A stretch of DNA of 24,000 bases from an uncultured Spirochaetaceae bacterium (GTDB lineage Bacteria > Spirochaetota > Spirochaetia > Sphaerochaetales > Sphaerochaetaceae): NCBI GenBank assembly GCA_964616275.1, contig CAZTUL010000004.1, positions 9,551 through 33,550 of the forward strand, read 5' to 3'. Positions 8,179-15,740 of this stretch are shown here, piece after piece; within the stretch, counting starts at the first letter, position 1, and each line of letters starts with the position of its first letter. The notes under the pieces are model-generated. The model was given only the letters and a program-made list of their open reading frames with translations, had not been told where the DNA came from and did no database searches. Made by a program: the position numbers and the translations under genes.

Positions 8179-9420
8179 ATGGATGTGAAGAGATTGCAGT
8201 TGTGGGAAGGGCGGCACGCTACTATGCTTTCTAACGAAACATTTCGTACCGTTATGGAAGATCATGGAGGCATGGTTCTTGAGTTAAGTAATATAGGGGA
8301 ATCAGGGGGACGGATTAATGCACATCCTCTGTATGCCTTTAGAGGAAGAGAACCCTCCATTCAATCCGATGAAAATTATGAGTTTTGGCATAATAGTAAT
8401 CTCCTCTATTTCTTGGGAGGGAATTTTTTCTGTTTCCCCAATTTTGGACCTAATCATACGGTGAGCGGTGTGTATCATGAAGCTCATGGCTGGACTGCAA
8501 ATAGTCTGTGGACTGTTGTGAAGTATGGTACAGATGCCGAGCTGCGTGCAAATTGGCTGTTTTCAACTCTCAGTAGTCCAGAACCCAATTATCCTTTTCA
8601 TGTAAAAAAAATTGATATGGTATTACCTGGACATCCAGTCTTGTATAGCAGTATTGCAGTCACAAATGCAGGTCTCGAACCATTGGCAGCAAATGCTGCG
8701 TGGCACAATACGGTAGGTTCTCCCTTCCTTGAGACTGAATGTATTGTTAATCTGAGTGCAAAACAATTTTCCACAGCCCCTCAGGATTCTGAATTCGAGA
8801 GAACTGGAAGACTTGCGTGCGGGGTGGAATTTGATGATCTAGAAAAAGCCCCACTGAAAAAAGAGGGTACATGCAATATTTCCCAAGTTCCCGGGATGAT
8901 AGGTTATACCGACTTCATCACAGGGAGGATTCCCGATGATGCCCGACTAGGATGGAGCAGTGTTATTAACCCGCGGTTGAAGATGGTCTACTTTTCATTT
9001 TTTCCCGGCCCTGCTGCTGTAGAGCAGAATGAAGTTCCTCTATTGTTCAATAATTTGTGGATGCAATATGGTGGACGACCGTTCACTCCCTGGGCTTTGT
9101 ATGAAGGAGGGACCGATCAGACATTCGCACTCGGGGTAGAGAATTCTATAGGGCACTATGCAAACGGCCTGGAAAGAGCTCTTAGAGAGCAAGAGGTTCT
9201 CGGAGCACCCACTACGGTAACAATTCCACCTGGAGAAACTCGCATACAGCGATACGGAACAGCCTTCACGAGTTTTGAAAATGCGAAGATGGCTGCAGGG
9301 GTACAGTCTGTAGAACAGGTGGTGGAAGGCTTAGTGCTTAAACGAGGAAAGTCCTGGGCTTTTATTGAAAGTGATTCAACCTTCCACTTTTTAAAACTTA
9401 TGGAGAAGAAGCTGTTCTGA
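8179..9420 (+). CDS. Uncharacterised protein, possibly galactose-mutarotase-like (aldose-1-epimerase fold)
   Basis: 413-aa ORF with a strong GAGGAGG SD 9 nt upstream. Weak pattern resemblance to epimerase-like proteins: N-terminal L.NETFRTVMEDHGGMVLELSN, EAHGWTANSLWTV, VTNAGLEPLAANAAWHNTVGSPF. The coding call is solid. The functional call is tentative. Confidence 0.45.
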   Translation: MDVKRLQLWEGRHATMLSNETFRTVMEDHGGMVLELSNIGESGGRINAHPLYAFRGREPSIQSDENYEFWHNSNLLYFLGGNFFCFPNFGPNHTVSGVYHEAHGWTANSLWTVVKYGTDAELRANWLFSTLSSPEPNYPFHVKKIDMVLPGHPVLYSSIAVTNAGLEPLAANAAWHNTVGSPFLETECIVNLSAKQFSTAPQDSEFERTGRLACGVEFDDLEKAPLKKEGTCNISQVPGMIGYTDFITGRIPDDARLGWSSVINPRLKMVYFSFFPGPAAVEQNEVPLLFNNLWMQYGGRPFTPWALYEGGTDQTFALGVENSIGHYANGLERALREQEVLGAPTTVTIPPGETRIQRYGTAFTSFENAKMAAGVQSVEQVVEGLVLKRGKSWAFIESDSTFHFLKLMEKKLF

Positions 9421-9461
9421 ATTTCTCATCATGAAAACACTACTATAGCGGTATACAGGAA

Positions 9462-9501
9462 GAGGCTGCTGCGAAAGTCTTTCCACTCTCGCAACAGCCT
9501 C
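9462..9501. terminator. Hairpin between the 8179-9420 CDS and the 3' end of tRNA-Cys (possible bidirectional terminator)
   Basis: GAGGCTGCTGCGA (9462-9474) pairs with TCGCAACAGCCTC (9489-9501), giving 13 bp with one mismatch and a 14-nt loop. No clear U-tract on either side. Confidence 0.4.
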
Positions 9502-9508
9502 TCATGAA

Positions 9509-9580
9509 AGGTGCCGACCGGATTCGAACCGGTGCATAGAGGTTTTGCAAACCTGTCCCTTACCACTTGGGTACGGCACC
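9509..9580 (-). tRNA. tRNA-Cys (anticodon GCA)
   Basis: Reverse strand reads GGTGCCG-TA-CCCA-AGTGGTA-AGGG-A-CAGGT-TTGCAAA-ACCTC-TATGC-ACCGG-TTCGAAT-CCGGT-CGGCACC-T. It has a perfect 7-bp acceptor stem and a GTTCGAATC T-arm. The anticodon loop is U33-GCA-A37, and the U73 discriminator and A13:A22 are typical of tRNA-Cys. There is one C:C mismatch at 27:43. CCA is not encoded. Confidence 0.9.
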
Positions 9581-9775
9581 ATTAGTTATGCAATCTGCAG
9601 CATCCTCAATTTCACGCTCTTATTAGTTTGGATGCGATGTAACAAATCATTACGGAAGATAGCAGAAATTTACAGGAAAGGCAACCCTGCAGAGAAGTGT
9701 GACTATCTGGAAATGTCTAGTATGTGTACTGAAATCTTTATGAACTATTTTGTTCTATTGGATGAGTTTTTATCG

Positions 9776-9804
9776 TTGACAACATCAGAAACGTTCAATA
9801 TAAT
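9776..9804 (+). promoter_or_regulatory. Consensus sigma70 promoter of the deoR-ldh2-malic enzyme operon: TTGACA-17 nt-TATAAT
   Basis: TTGACA at 9776-9781, a 17-nt spacer (acatcagaaacgttcaa), and TATAAT at 9799-9804. It lies ~43 nt upstream of the GTG start at 9847. Both hexamers match the consensus perfectly. Confidence 0.6.
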
Positions 9805-9846
9805 TCAAATACATTCACAATATGTTCATATAAGGAAGATTGAATC

Positions 9847-10647
9847 GTGGGATTAATTCCAGCCGATAGACAACGACAGATTTTAAGTATTGTAACTCAA
9901 GTTGGTGTGGTTCAGGTTCAGGAACTCAGTGAACGGTTTGGTGTGAGTGTACTTACTATACGACGAGATTTAGACCATCTAGCGAGTGAGGGATTAGTTG
10001 AACGTACTCATGGAGGAGCTACATTACGACGAACCTTGCCAGTAGAACCTCTTTACGCTCAGAAGGCGTTGGAATTTCCAAAAGAAAAACAAGAAATTGC
10101 TGGGTTGGCAGCTTCCTTAATTGAAAATGGGGATACCGTCTTTATCAATAGCGGCTCCACAACATTTGAGGTTATCAAGGCACTCAGAGATCACGATATT
10201 ACGATAGTTACAAATAATATGGACGCTGCATGGATTGCTAATGAAGATGCACGATTTCGCCTCATCTTTGTAGGTGGCGTGTATAGAACACGCTCCCATG
10301 CAGTTTCCGGAGGATTTTCGCAGTTTGTTATACAACAGGTATATGCAAATAAAGCAATAATCGGTGTTGATGGATTTAGTCTCTCTGCTGGATTAACCAC
10401 TCCTGTTATTGAGGAGGCAGAGACAACCCGCGGCATGATTGAACGTACTGTAGGAAAAGTCATTGTGGTTGCTGCAAGTAATAAAATCGGTGTTCTATCC
10501 AATTTTAGTACAGTAGGAGCAAATGACATAGATGTGGTAATTACCGACGCCGCTGGAGAGCAGCTGCTCTCACAGTCTGAGCTCGAAGAGAATGATATTG
10601 AACTACTAGTAGCGGGTGCCCGCTACATTGAGGAAGGAGAATCTTAA
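9847..10647 (+). CDS. DeoR/GlpR family transcriptional regulator
   Basis: GTG start with an AAGGAAG SD 8 nt upstream. The N-terminal HTH RQRQILSIV...VQVQELSERFGVSVLTIRRDLDHLASEGLVERTHGGA is followed by a DeoR C-terminal sugar-phosphate-sensor-type domain (VFINSGSTT..., IGVDG). Confidence 0.9.
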   Translation: MGLIPADRQRQILSIVTQVGVVQVQELSERFGVSVLTIRRDLDHLASEGLVERTHGGATLRRTLPVEPLYAQKALEFPKEKQEIAGLAASLIENGDTVFINSGSTTFEVIKALRDHDITIVTNNMDAAWIANEDARFRLIFVGGVYRTRSHAVSGGFSQFVIQQVYANKAIIGVDGFSLSAGLTTPVIEEAETTRGMIERTVGKVIVVAASNKIGVLSNFSTVGANDIDVVITDAAGEQLLSQSELEENDIELLVAGARYIEEGES

Positions 10648-11771
10648 TGGCATACGAAGATGCTTACAAAAATTGTGTATGGGTCGATTTCCACCTTTTG
10701 GAATCGTTTATGGTAGATGCCTTACAGGCTGTCGGAGTTCCTGAAGAGGATGCACGTGTAATCGGGGATGTTCTCATTGAATCGGATAAGCGGGGAATTG
10801 ATTCACATGGAATTGGACGATTAAAACCTATTTATATTGATCGAATAAACATAGGCATTATGAGTCCAACTACCGAAATTGAGGTACTTAAAGACGATAC
10901 CACCACAGCTGTACTGGATGGTCATAATGGCATGGGGCATGTCGTGAGTAAAAAAGCCATGGAAATGGCAATTGAAAAAGCCAAGAAGTATGGTCTTGGT
11001 ATGGTTGCAGTTCGTAACAGTAATCACTATGGTATTGCAGGTTACTACGCTACCATGGCCATTGAAGCTGGAATGATAGGGATTACAGGAACAAATGCCC
11101 GTCCTTCGATTGCACCTACATTTGGTGTAGAAAATATGCTGGGAACAAATCCTCTCACCTTTGGTATTCCTACAGATGAAGAATTTCCCTTTGTACTCGA
11201 TTGTGCTACGAGTGTTACTCAACGGGGAAAAATTGAAGTTTATGGGCGAGCTGGTAAAGAGCTTCCTCCAGGCTGGGTGATTGGTCTTGATGGTACTACA
11301 CGAACCGATACACAGCGGGTGTTGAAAGATCTTACTACAGGACAAGCAGCACTTACACCCCTTGGAGGAATTGGGGAAGAGACTGGAGGATACAAAGGCT
11401 TCGGATACGCAATGGTCGTTGAAATTCTTTCTGCAGCACTTCAGGATGGCTCATTCATGAAAGAACTGAATGGATTTGATGCTGATCATAAACCAATTCC
11501 GTATCCACTTGGACATTTTTTCATGGCGATTAATCCCGAACGGTTTATGGGACTTGAAGTTTTCAAGCGTGTTGCCGGAACAATATGCCGACAGATTCGG
11601 GATTCTCAGAAGGCTCCTGGAGAAGAGCGTATCTACACTGCAGGGGAAAAAGAGCATGAAGCATGGCAGTATAGAAAGGTTCACGGTTGTCCCGTTCCAC
11701 AAACACTACAAAAAACGATGATTGAACTTCGTGACACGTACAATCTCGATTATCGATTTGATTTCGAATAA
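10647..11771 (+). CDS. Ldh_2 family (malate/L-lactate/sulfolactate/ureidoglycolate-type) NAD(P)H oxidoreductase; substrate unknown
   Basis: 374 aa with family blocks DSHGIGRL, VRNSNHYGIAGYY, LGTNP, and FKGFGYAMVVEILS. The start overlaps the deoR stop (TAATG). Confidence 0.82.
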   Translation: MAYEDAYKNCVWVDFHLLESFMVDALQAVGVPEEDARVIGDVLIESDKRGIDSHGIGRLKPIYIDRINIGIMSPTTEIEVLKDDTTTAVLDGHNGMGHVVSKKAMEMAIEKAKKYGLGMVAVRNSNHYGIAGYYATMAIEAGMIGITGTNARPSIAPTFGVENMLGTNPLTFGIPTDEEFPFVLDCATSVTQRGKIEVYGRAGKELPPGWVIGLDGTTRTDTQRVLKDLTTGQAALTPLGGIGEETGGYKGFGYAMVVEILSAALQDGSFMKELNGFDADHKPIPYPLGHFFMAINPERFMGLEVFKRVAGTICRQIRDSQKAPGEERIYTAGEKEHEAWQYRKVHGCPVPQTLQKTMIELRDTYNLDYRFDFE

Positions 11772-11791
11772 AAAAAGAGAGGATGTTACCT

Positions 11792-13081
11792 ATGGATGAT
11801 GTATTAAAAGAGAAAGCCCTACGTTACCACTCACTAGACGGAGTGCCAGGAAAAGTATCGGTTGTTCCAACAAAACCGTGCCAGACGGCTGAAGAACTAT
11901 CACTTGCCTATACTCCTGGTGTTGCCAAACCGGTTCTTGAGATTGAGGCAAACCCTGAAGATGCCTACAAGTACACCGCAAAGGGTAATCTTGTTGCAGT
12001 TATTTCAAACGGTACAGCCATTTTAGGTCTTGGAGACCGAGGAGCTCTTGCTTCGAAACCTGTTATGGAAGGAAAGGGTGTCCTGTTTAAACGATTCGCC
12101 GATATTGATGTATTTGATATTGAACTCAATGAGAAGGACCCGAAAAAAATAATTGAAATGGTAAAGGCCATGGAGCCTACCTTCGGTGGGGTGAATCTGG
12201 AAGACATTAAAGGTCCTGAATGCTTTGAAATTGAACAGACACTTATTGAGCAGTGTAATATTCCAATTTTTCATGATGATCAGCATGGAACCGCAATTAT
12301 ATCCACAGCAGGACTCATGAATGCAGTGGAAATTGTCGGGAAGAATCTCTCCGATATTACTGTTGTAGTGAATGGAGCGGGAGCTGCAGGAATTTCATGT
12401 GCAAAAATGTTCGTTGCTGCGGGAGTCAATCAAAAAAATATTATTATGCTCGATAGCAAAGGGGTCATCTACAAGGGTAGAACTGCTGGCATGACCAAAG
12501 AGAAAGCCGAATTTGCTCGAGAGACAGATGCTCGTACATTGGCCGATGCCGTGAAAAATGCCGACGTCTTTATGGGGTTGTCAGTGGCTGATTGCCTCAC
12601 TCCCGATATGCTTAATAGCATGGCAAAGGATCCCATAATTTTTGCTATGAGTAATCCGAATCCAGAAATAGCCTATGACCTTGCCGTCGCTACGAGAAGT
12701 GATCTTATTATGGCTACTGGCAGAAGCGATTACCCCAATCAAATCAACAACGTTCTTGGCTTCCCTTTCATTTTCCGAGGGGCTCTTGATGTCAGAGCAA
12801 AAACAATCTCAGAAGGAATGAAAATGGCAGCGGCAAAGGCTCTGGCATCTTTAGCCAAGGAGCCCGTTCCTGAAATAGTAAGAAAAGCGTATGCAGGAAA
12901 GGAATTTTCATTTGGTAGAAACTATATTGTTCCCAAACCGTTCGATCCTCGAGTGATTGAGTGGGAAGCAGTAGCTGTAGCCCGAGCGGCATGTGATGAA
13001 GGTCTTGCATTACATCCTATTACCGATTGGGATGCGTATCGAGAAGGACTCAGAAAACGCATGGCTCATTATTGGAATTAG
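11792..13081 (+). CDS. NAD(P)-dependent malic enzyme, short form (no PTA domain)
   Basis: Blocks [51 protein letters not shown] and FAMSNPNPE. The track start is 11783. The ATG at 11792 is better spaced (8 nt) from the SD AGAGAGGA, which the 11783 ATG overlaps. Confidence 0.9.
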   Translation: MDDVLKEKALRYHSLDGVPGKVSVVPTKPCQTAEELSLAYTPGVAKPVLEIEANPEDAYKYTAKGNLVAVISNGTAILGLGDRGALASKPVMEGKGVLFKRFADIDVFDIELNEKDPKKIIEMVKAMEPTFGGVNLEDIKGPECFEIEQTLIEQCNIPIFHDDQHGTAIISTAGLMNAVEIVGKNLSDITVVVNGAGAAGISCAKMFVAAGVNQKNIIMLDSKGVIYKGRTAGMTKEKAEFARETDARTLADAVKNADVFMGLSVADCLTPDMLNSMAKDPIIFAMSNPNPEIAYDLAVATRSDLIMATGRSDYPNQINNVLGFPFIFRGALDVRAKTISEGMKMAAAKALASLAKEPVPEIVRKAYAGKEFSFGRNYIVPKPFDPRVIEWEAVAVARAACDEGLALHPITDWDAYREGLRKRMAHYWN

Positions 13082-13101
13082 ATGCAGGCACATACGTAAA
13101 C

Positions 13102-13133
13102 GAAGCTCCCGCCAGGTTGAAGGTGGGAGCTTC
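13102..13133. terminator. Bidirectional stem-loop between the convergent malic enzyme and hypothetical genes
   Basis: GAAGCTCCC (13102-13110) and GGGAGCTTC (13125-13133) form a perfect 9-bp GC-rich stem with a 14-nt loop. It sits in the 59-nt gap between the two stop codons. The flanking U-tracts are imperfect. Confidence 0.55.
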
Positions 13134-13140
13134 CTAATTG

Positions 13141-13743
13141 TTAATCTGCAATTCCCCAGGCTTCTTTTAACTGAGTTTTTGCTTGATCAAGCACCTGCTG
13201 ATACTGTTGAGAGAGTTGGGCAAAATGCTTTTGGAGCATCTGAATGAATTCGGGATCCTGATCCATGGACATGTTTGAGGCTCGACCATATTTCTGCATC
13301 ATCTGTTCCCGCTTCTGTTCAAAGACTGGTTGATATTGTTGTCTTGCTCGTTCCAACAGAGAGTCTCGTGCTTCAATATATTTCCCCATGAATTGGCTAA
13401 TCTGATTAATAAGGGAGACTGTATCGCTCTCCTTTCCATCCATGAGTTCTACAATATGGTGAATTTTTTTCATTCGTTCCTCATACTCCGTGCTCTGAGG
13501 CAGTGCAACATTCATGACAACAGTGGAAGCTATTCCCTGCTTTAAAAGCACAAGTTCATCTCCCGACTTTGAAGCCAGAGCAGCTTGAAGTTCCTTACCC
13601 TCAGATTCAATCTCAGTTAAATAGGTTCCAGCGAGACGTTTGCCTTCGTTAATACGTAAATCACGAGTGATTTTTTCTGGATCGGCCTCTATTCCCTCTG
13701 TCTTTTCCAACGCAATTTCCCAAGCCGATTTAAGTAATGCCAT
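13141..13743 (-). CDS. Hypothetical protein, predicted all-helical, Glu/Gln-rich, no TM or signal peptide
   Basis: The track ORF is 13141..13764. I prefer the ATG at 13743 (MALLKSAWEIALEKTEG...) because AAGGAG lies 8 nt upstream. I recognise no catalytic motif. Confidence 0.7.
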   Translation of the reverse strand: MALLKSAWEIALEKTEGIEADPEKITRDLRINEGKRLAGTYLTEIESEGKELQAALASKSGDELVLLKQGIASTVVMNVALPQSTEYEERMKKIHHIVELMDGKESDTVSLINQISQFMGKYIEARDSLLERARQQYQPVFEQKREQMMQKYGRASNMSMDQDPEFIQMLQKHFAQLSQQYQQVLDQAKTQLKEAWGIAD

Positions 13744-13888
13744 AACTCTGACTCCTTGTCTCAAGTATATTTAATTTTCTCTACCCTAAAAGATAGCGAT
13801 AAGAGCTGTCTTGGACAAGTATGGATGTCGACTATGCCTGCACGAGCGAAATATGGACGTTTATGATAAAAAAGAGTAAAATTTCTGT

Positions 13889-15127
13889 ATGCAAAAAACA
13901 ACTCCATACTACTACCAGCAGACCTATGAAAGAGAACTTAGTGCAATCATTACAGAAATCACTACCTATAATAAAAAACCAGCAGTCATACTGGATCAAA
14001 CAATATGCTACCCCGAAGGTGGAGGACAACCTGGAGATATCGGTAAATTGGGCAATGTCTCCATTTTGGATACGGTAAAAGACAGCACAGGTCAAATTCT
14101 CCATGTACTTTCAGACGAACCTCAAGAAGGAGTGGGTGAGCAAGTCCGTATAACAATTGATTGGGAGCACCGATATGATTATATGCAGCAACATACTGCT
14201 CAGCACCTACTCTCAGGAACTTTGTATCGATTATTTACATTAGATACTGTCTCGGTACATTTAGGACATGATTCACTTAGTATCGAGGTGGATACTCAAG
14301 AACTTTCCACGCAAGATATTGATACACTCGAGCAGGAAGTGAATCAGATCCTTTCGCATAACATTGCAGTAACTGCTCAAGAACTCTCTCTAGATGAGGC
14401 TCAAAAGCTTGGCCTTCGCAGATCTATCAAGGTCGATGGAGATGTTCGCATTGTTCGTATAGGAGAGTATGATGCCATTGCCTGTGGCGGAATCCATGTG
14501 CAGCGGACTCATGAAATTGAGGCCATTCAATTTTTGCGAATGGAGCCTATACGGGGGCGTGTAAAAACGTATTGGCTTGCAGGTGCTAGGGCTGTGAATG
14601 CAATCCGAAGAAATCGAAAGATTGTAGATGCTGCAGGAACTCTCCTGTCGGTACCTCCTGAAGGTATTGTTGACGGAATAGAATCCGTATATCAGCAACT
14701 TTCAGATATTCGGTACAGAGTAGGAGAACTTTCACGAATTGTTGCACAGGTGAGAATGGATGAAGCCTTGAAGTCATCCCAGACAATGAATAACGTTCCC
14801 GCTGTTGTGATTGATGCAACTCCATGGGCTGACGATATAATGAAATACTTCCCAGAAACTCTCTTCGCCATCCCTGCGATTATGGCATGTATTGTTCGTA
14901 CACGAGAGGATGGCAAACTTACTTGGCAGATAGCTTTAAAAGGGTGCGGCAATGAAATTGACCGATTTAATGAAATTCGTAACCGCGCACTTCCCATTAT
15001 TTCAGGAAAAGGGGGAGGGAAACCTCCTCTCTGGCAAGGGATTGGGTTGCTTCCAGATAATAAAGACCAATTCATAGATAAAGTAATGCAGATATTCGCA
15101 GGTACCATAGATGGCAAATCATCCTAA
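13889..15127 (+). CDS. alaX: Alanyl-tRNA synthetase-related editing protein, long form (AlaX-L: N-domain + editing domain + DHHA1/C-Ala-like domain)
   Basis: Zinc/editing motifs HTAQHLLSG (HxxxH) and ACGGIHV (CxxxH). The N-terminal ICYPEGGGQPGD and the C-terminal ISGKGGGKPPLWQG match the AlaRS editing and C-terminal modules. There is no aminoacylation domain. Confidence 0.8.
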   Translation: MQKTTPYYYQQTYERELSAIITEITTYNKKPAVILDQTICYPEGGGQPGDIGKLGNVSILDTVKDSTGQILHVLSDEPQEGVGEQVRITIDWEHRYDYMQQHTAQHLLSGTLYRLFTLDTVSVHLGHDSLSIEVDTQELSTQDIDTLEQEVNQILSHNIAVTAQELSLDEAQKLGLRRSIKVDGDVRIVRIGEYDAIACGGIHVQRTHEIEAIQFLRMEPIRGRVKTYWLAGARAVNAIRRNRKIVDAAGTLLSVPPEGIVDGIESVYQQLSDIRYRVGELSRIVAQVRMDEALKSSQTMNNVPAVVIDATPWADDIMKYFPETLFAIPAIMACIVRTREDGKLTWQIALKGCGNEIDRFNEIRNRALPIISGKGGGKPPLWQGIGLLPDNKDQFIDKVMQIFAGTIDGKSS

Positions 15128-15740
15128 AAAGTCCAGAAATATTCGAATTCAACTTTTTAATGACTCCGTATTTCATGAATCAGGTGGTCTTAACTGGTAT
15201 CAGATTATTGGAAAGACGATTGTGGTCATGGGATTTTTCCTTATTGTATATGCAGTTGCTCTTCTATTGCTTAAAGACCGGTACAATCAGATAGGGTTGT
15301 GGGTTGTAGATCATTTGGGTCTCATGGGGGTGGCCTTTTTTACCTTTTTTACCGATATGCTTATTGTACCCATGAGTGTAGACATACTATTTCCCTTCGT
15401 GCCGAGTTGGCCGCCTGTATCCCTTCTCGCTACTATGTCTCTTGCCTCTGCAATTGGCGGAATTGGAGGGTATTGGATTGGGCGTCTATTGGGACACCTT
15501 CAGATTGTGCAACTCGTAACAGCACGTTTCTCTTCTGATACAAGACGATTAGTCAGTCATTATGGAGTATGGGCGGTTGTTCTCGCCGGGCTTACACCGA
15601 TTCCGTTTTCAACAGTCTGCTGGATTGCAGGTATGGTGAAGGTTAATCCGTATGGTGTTGCCTTGGCATCCCTCTCTCGAATTCCTAGAATGATAATCTA
15701 CTATCTCCTAATTCGTGGTGGACTTGCCGTTATCTTTTAG
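15111..15740 (+). CDS. YqaA/DedA-type (VTT domain) integral membrane protein
   Basis: 209 aa with ~4-5 hydrophobic helices. The pattern GGIGGYWIGRLLG...YGVWAVVLAGLTPIPFSTVCWIAGM resembles YqaA-like DedA proteins. The ATG overlaps the alaX 3' end by 17 nt in another frame. Confidence 0.6.
   Translation: MANHPKKSRNIRIQLFNDSVFHESGGLNWYQIIGKTIVVMGFFLIVYAVALLLLKDRYNQIGLWVVDHLGLMGVAFFTFFTDMLIVPMSVDILFPFVPSWPPVSLLATMSLASAIGGIGGYWIGRLLGHLQIVQLVTARFSSDTRRLVSHYGVWAVVLAGLTPIPFSTVCWIAGMVKVNPYGVALASLSRIPRMIIYYLLIRGGLAVIF

Noticed and set aside
8026-9846. tRNA-Cys as a possible genomic-island integration site, with the alpha-galactosidase side as cargo
   Set aside because: There is no integrase, recombinase or phage gene. 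I noticed no direct repeat of the tRNA 3' end elsewhere in the window. By eye I saw no obvious compositional break apart from the AT-rich intergenic spacer.
9545-9856. 103-aa ORF spanning the tRNA-Cys antisense strand and the deoR upstream region
   Set aside because: It overlaps a tRNA gene and contains the consensus deoR promoter. No Met codon in it has an SD, and the sequence has no recognisable features. It is retained only as a minor curiosity in the findings.
10821-11345. Long antisense ORFs inside confident genes: 10821..11345, 14692..15117, 20931..21380, 22106..22459, 22460..22894, 4487..4822, 10191..10529
   Set aside because: Each lies opposite a gene with strong family motifs. Their translations are Cys/Ser/Arg-rich or low-complexity. 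None has a convincing ribosome-binding site. This is typical shadow-ORF behaviour.
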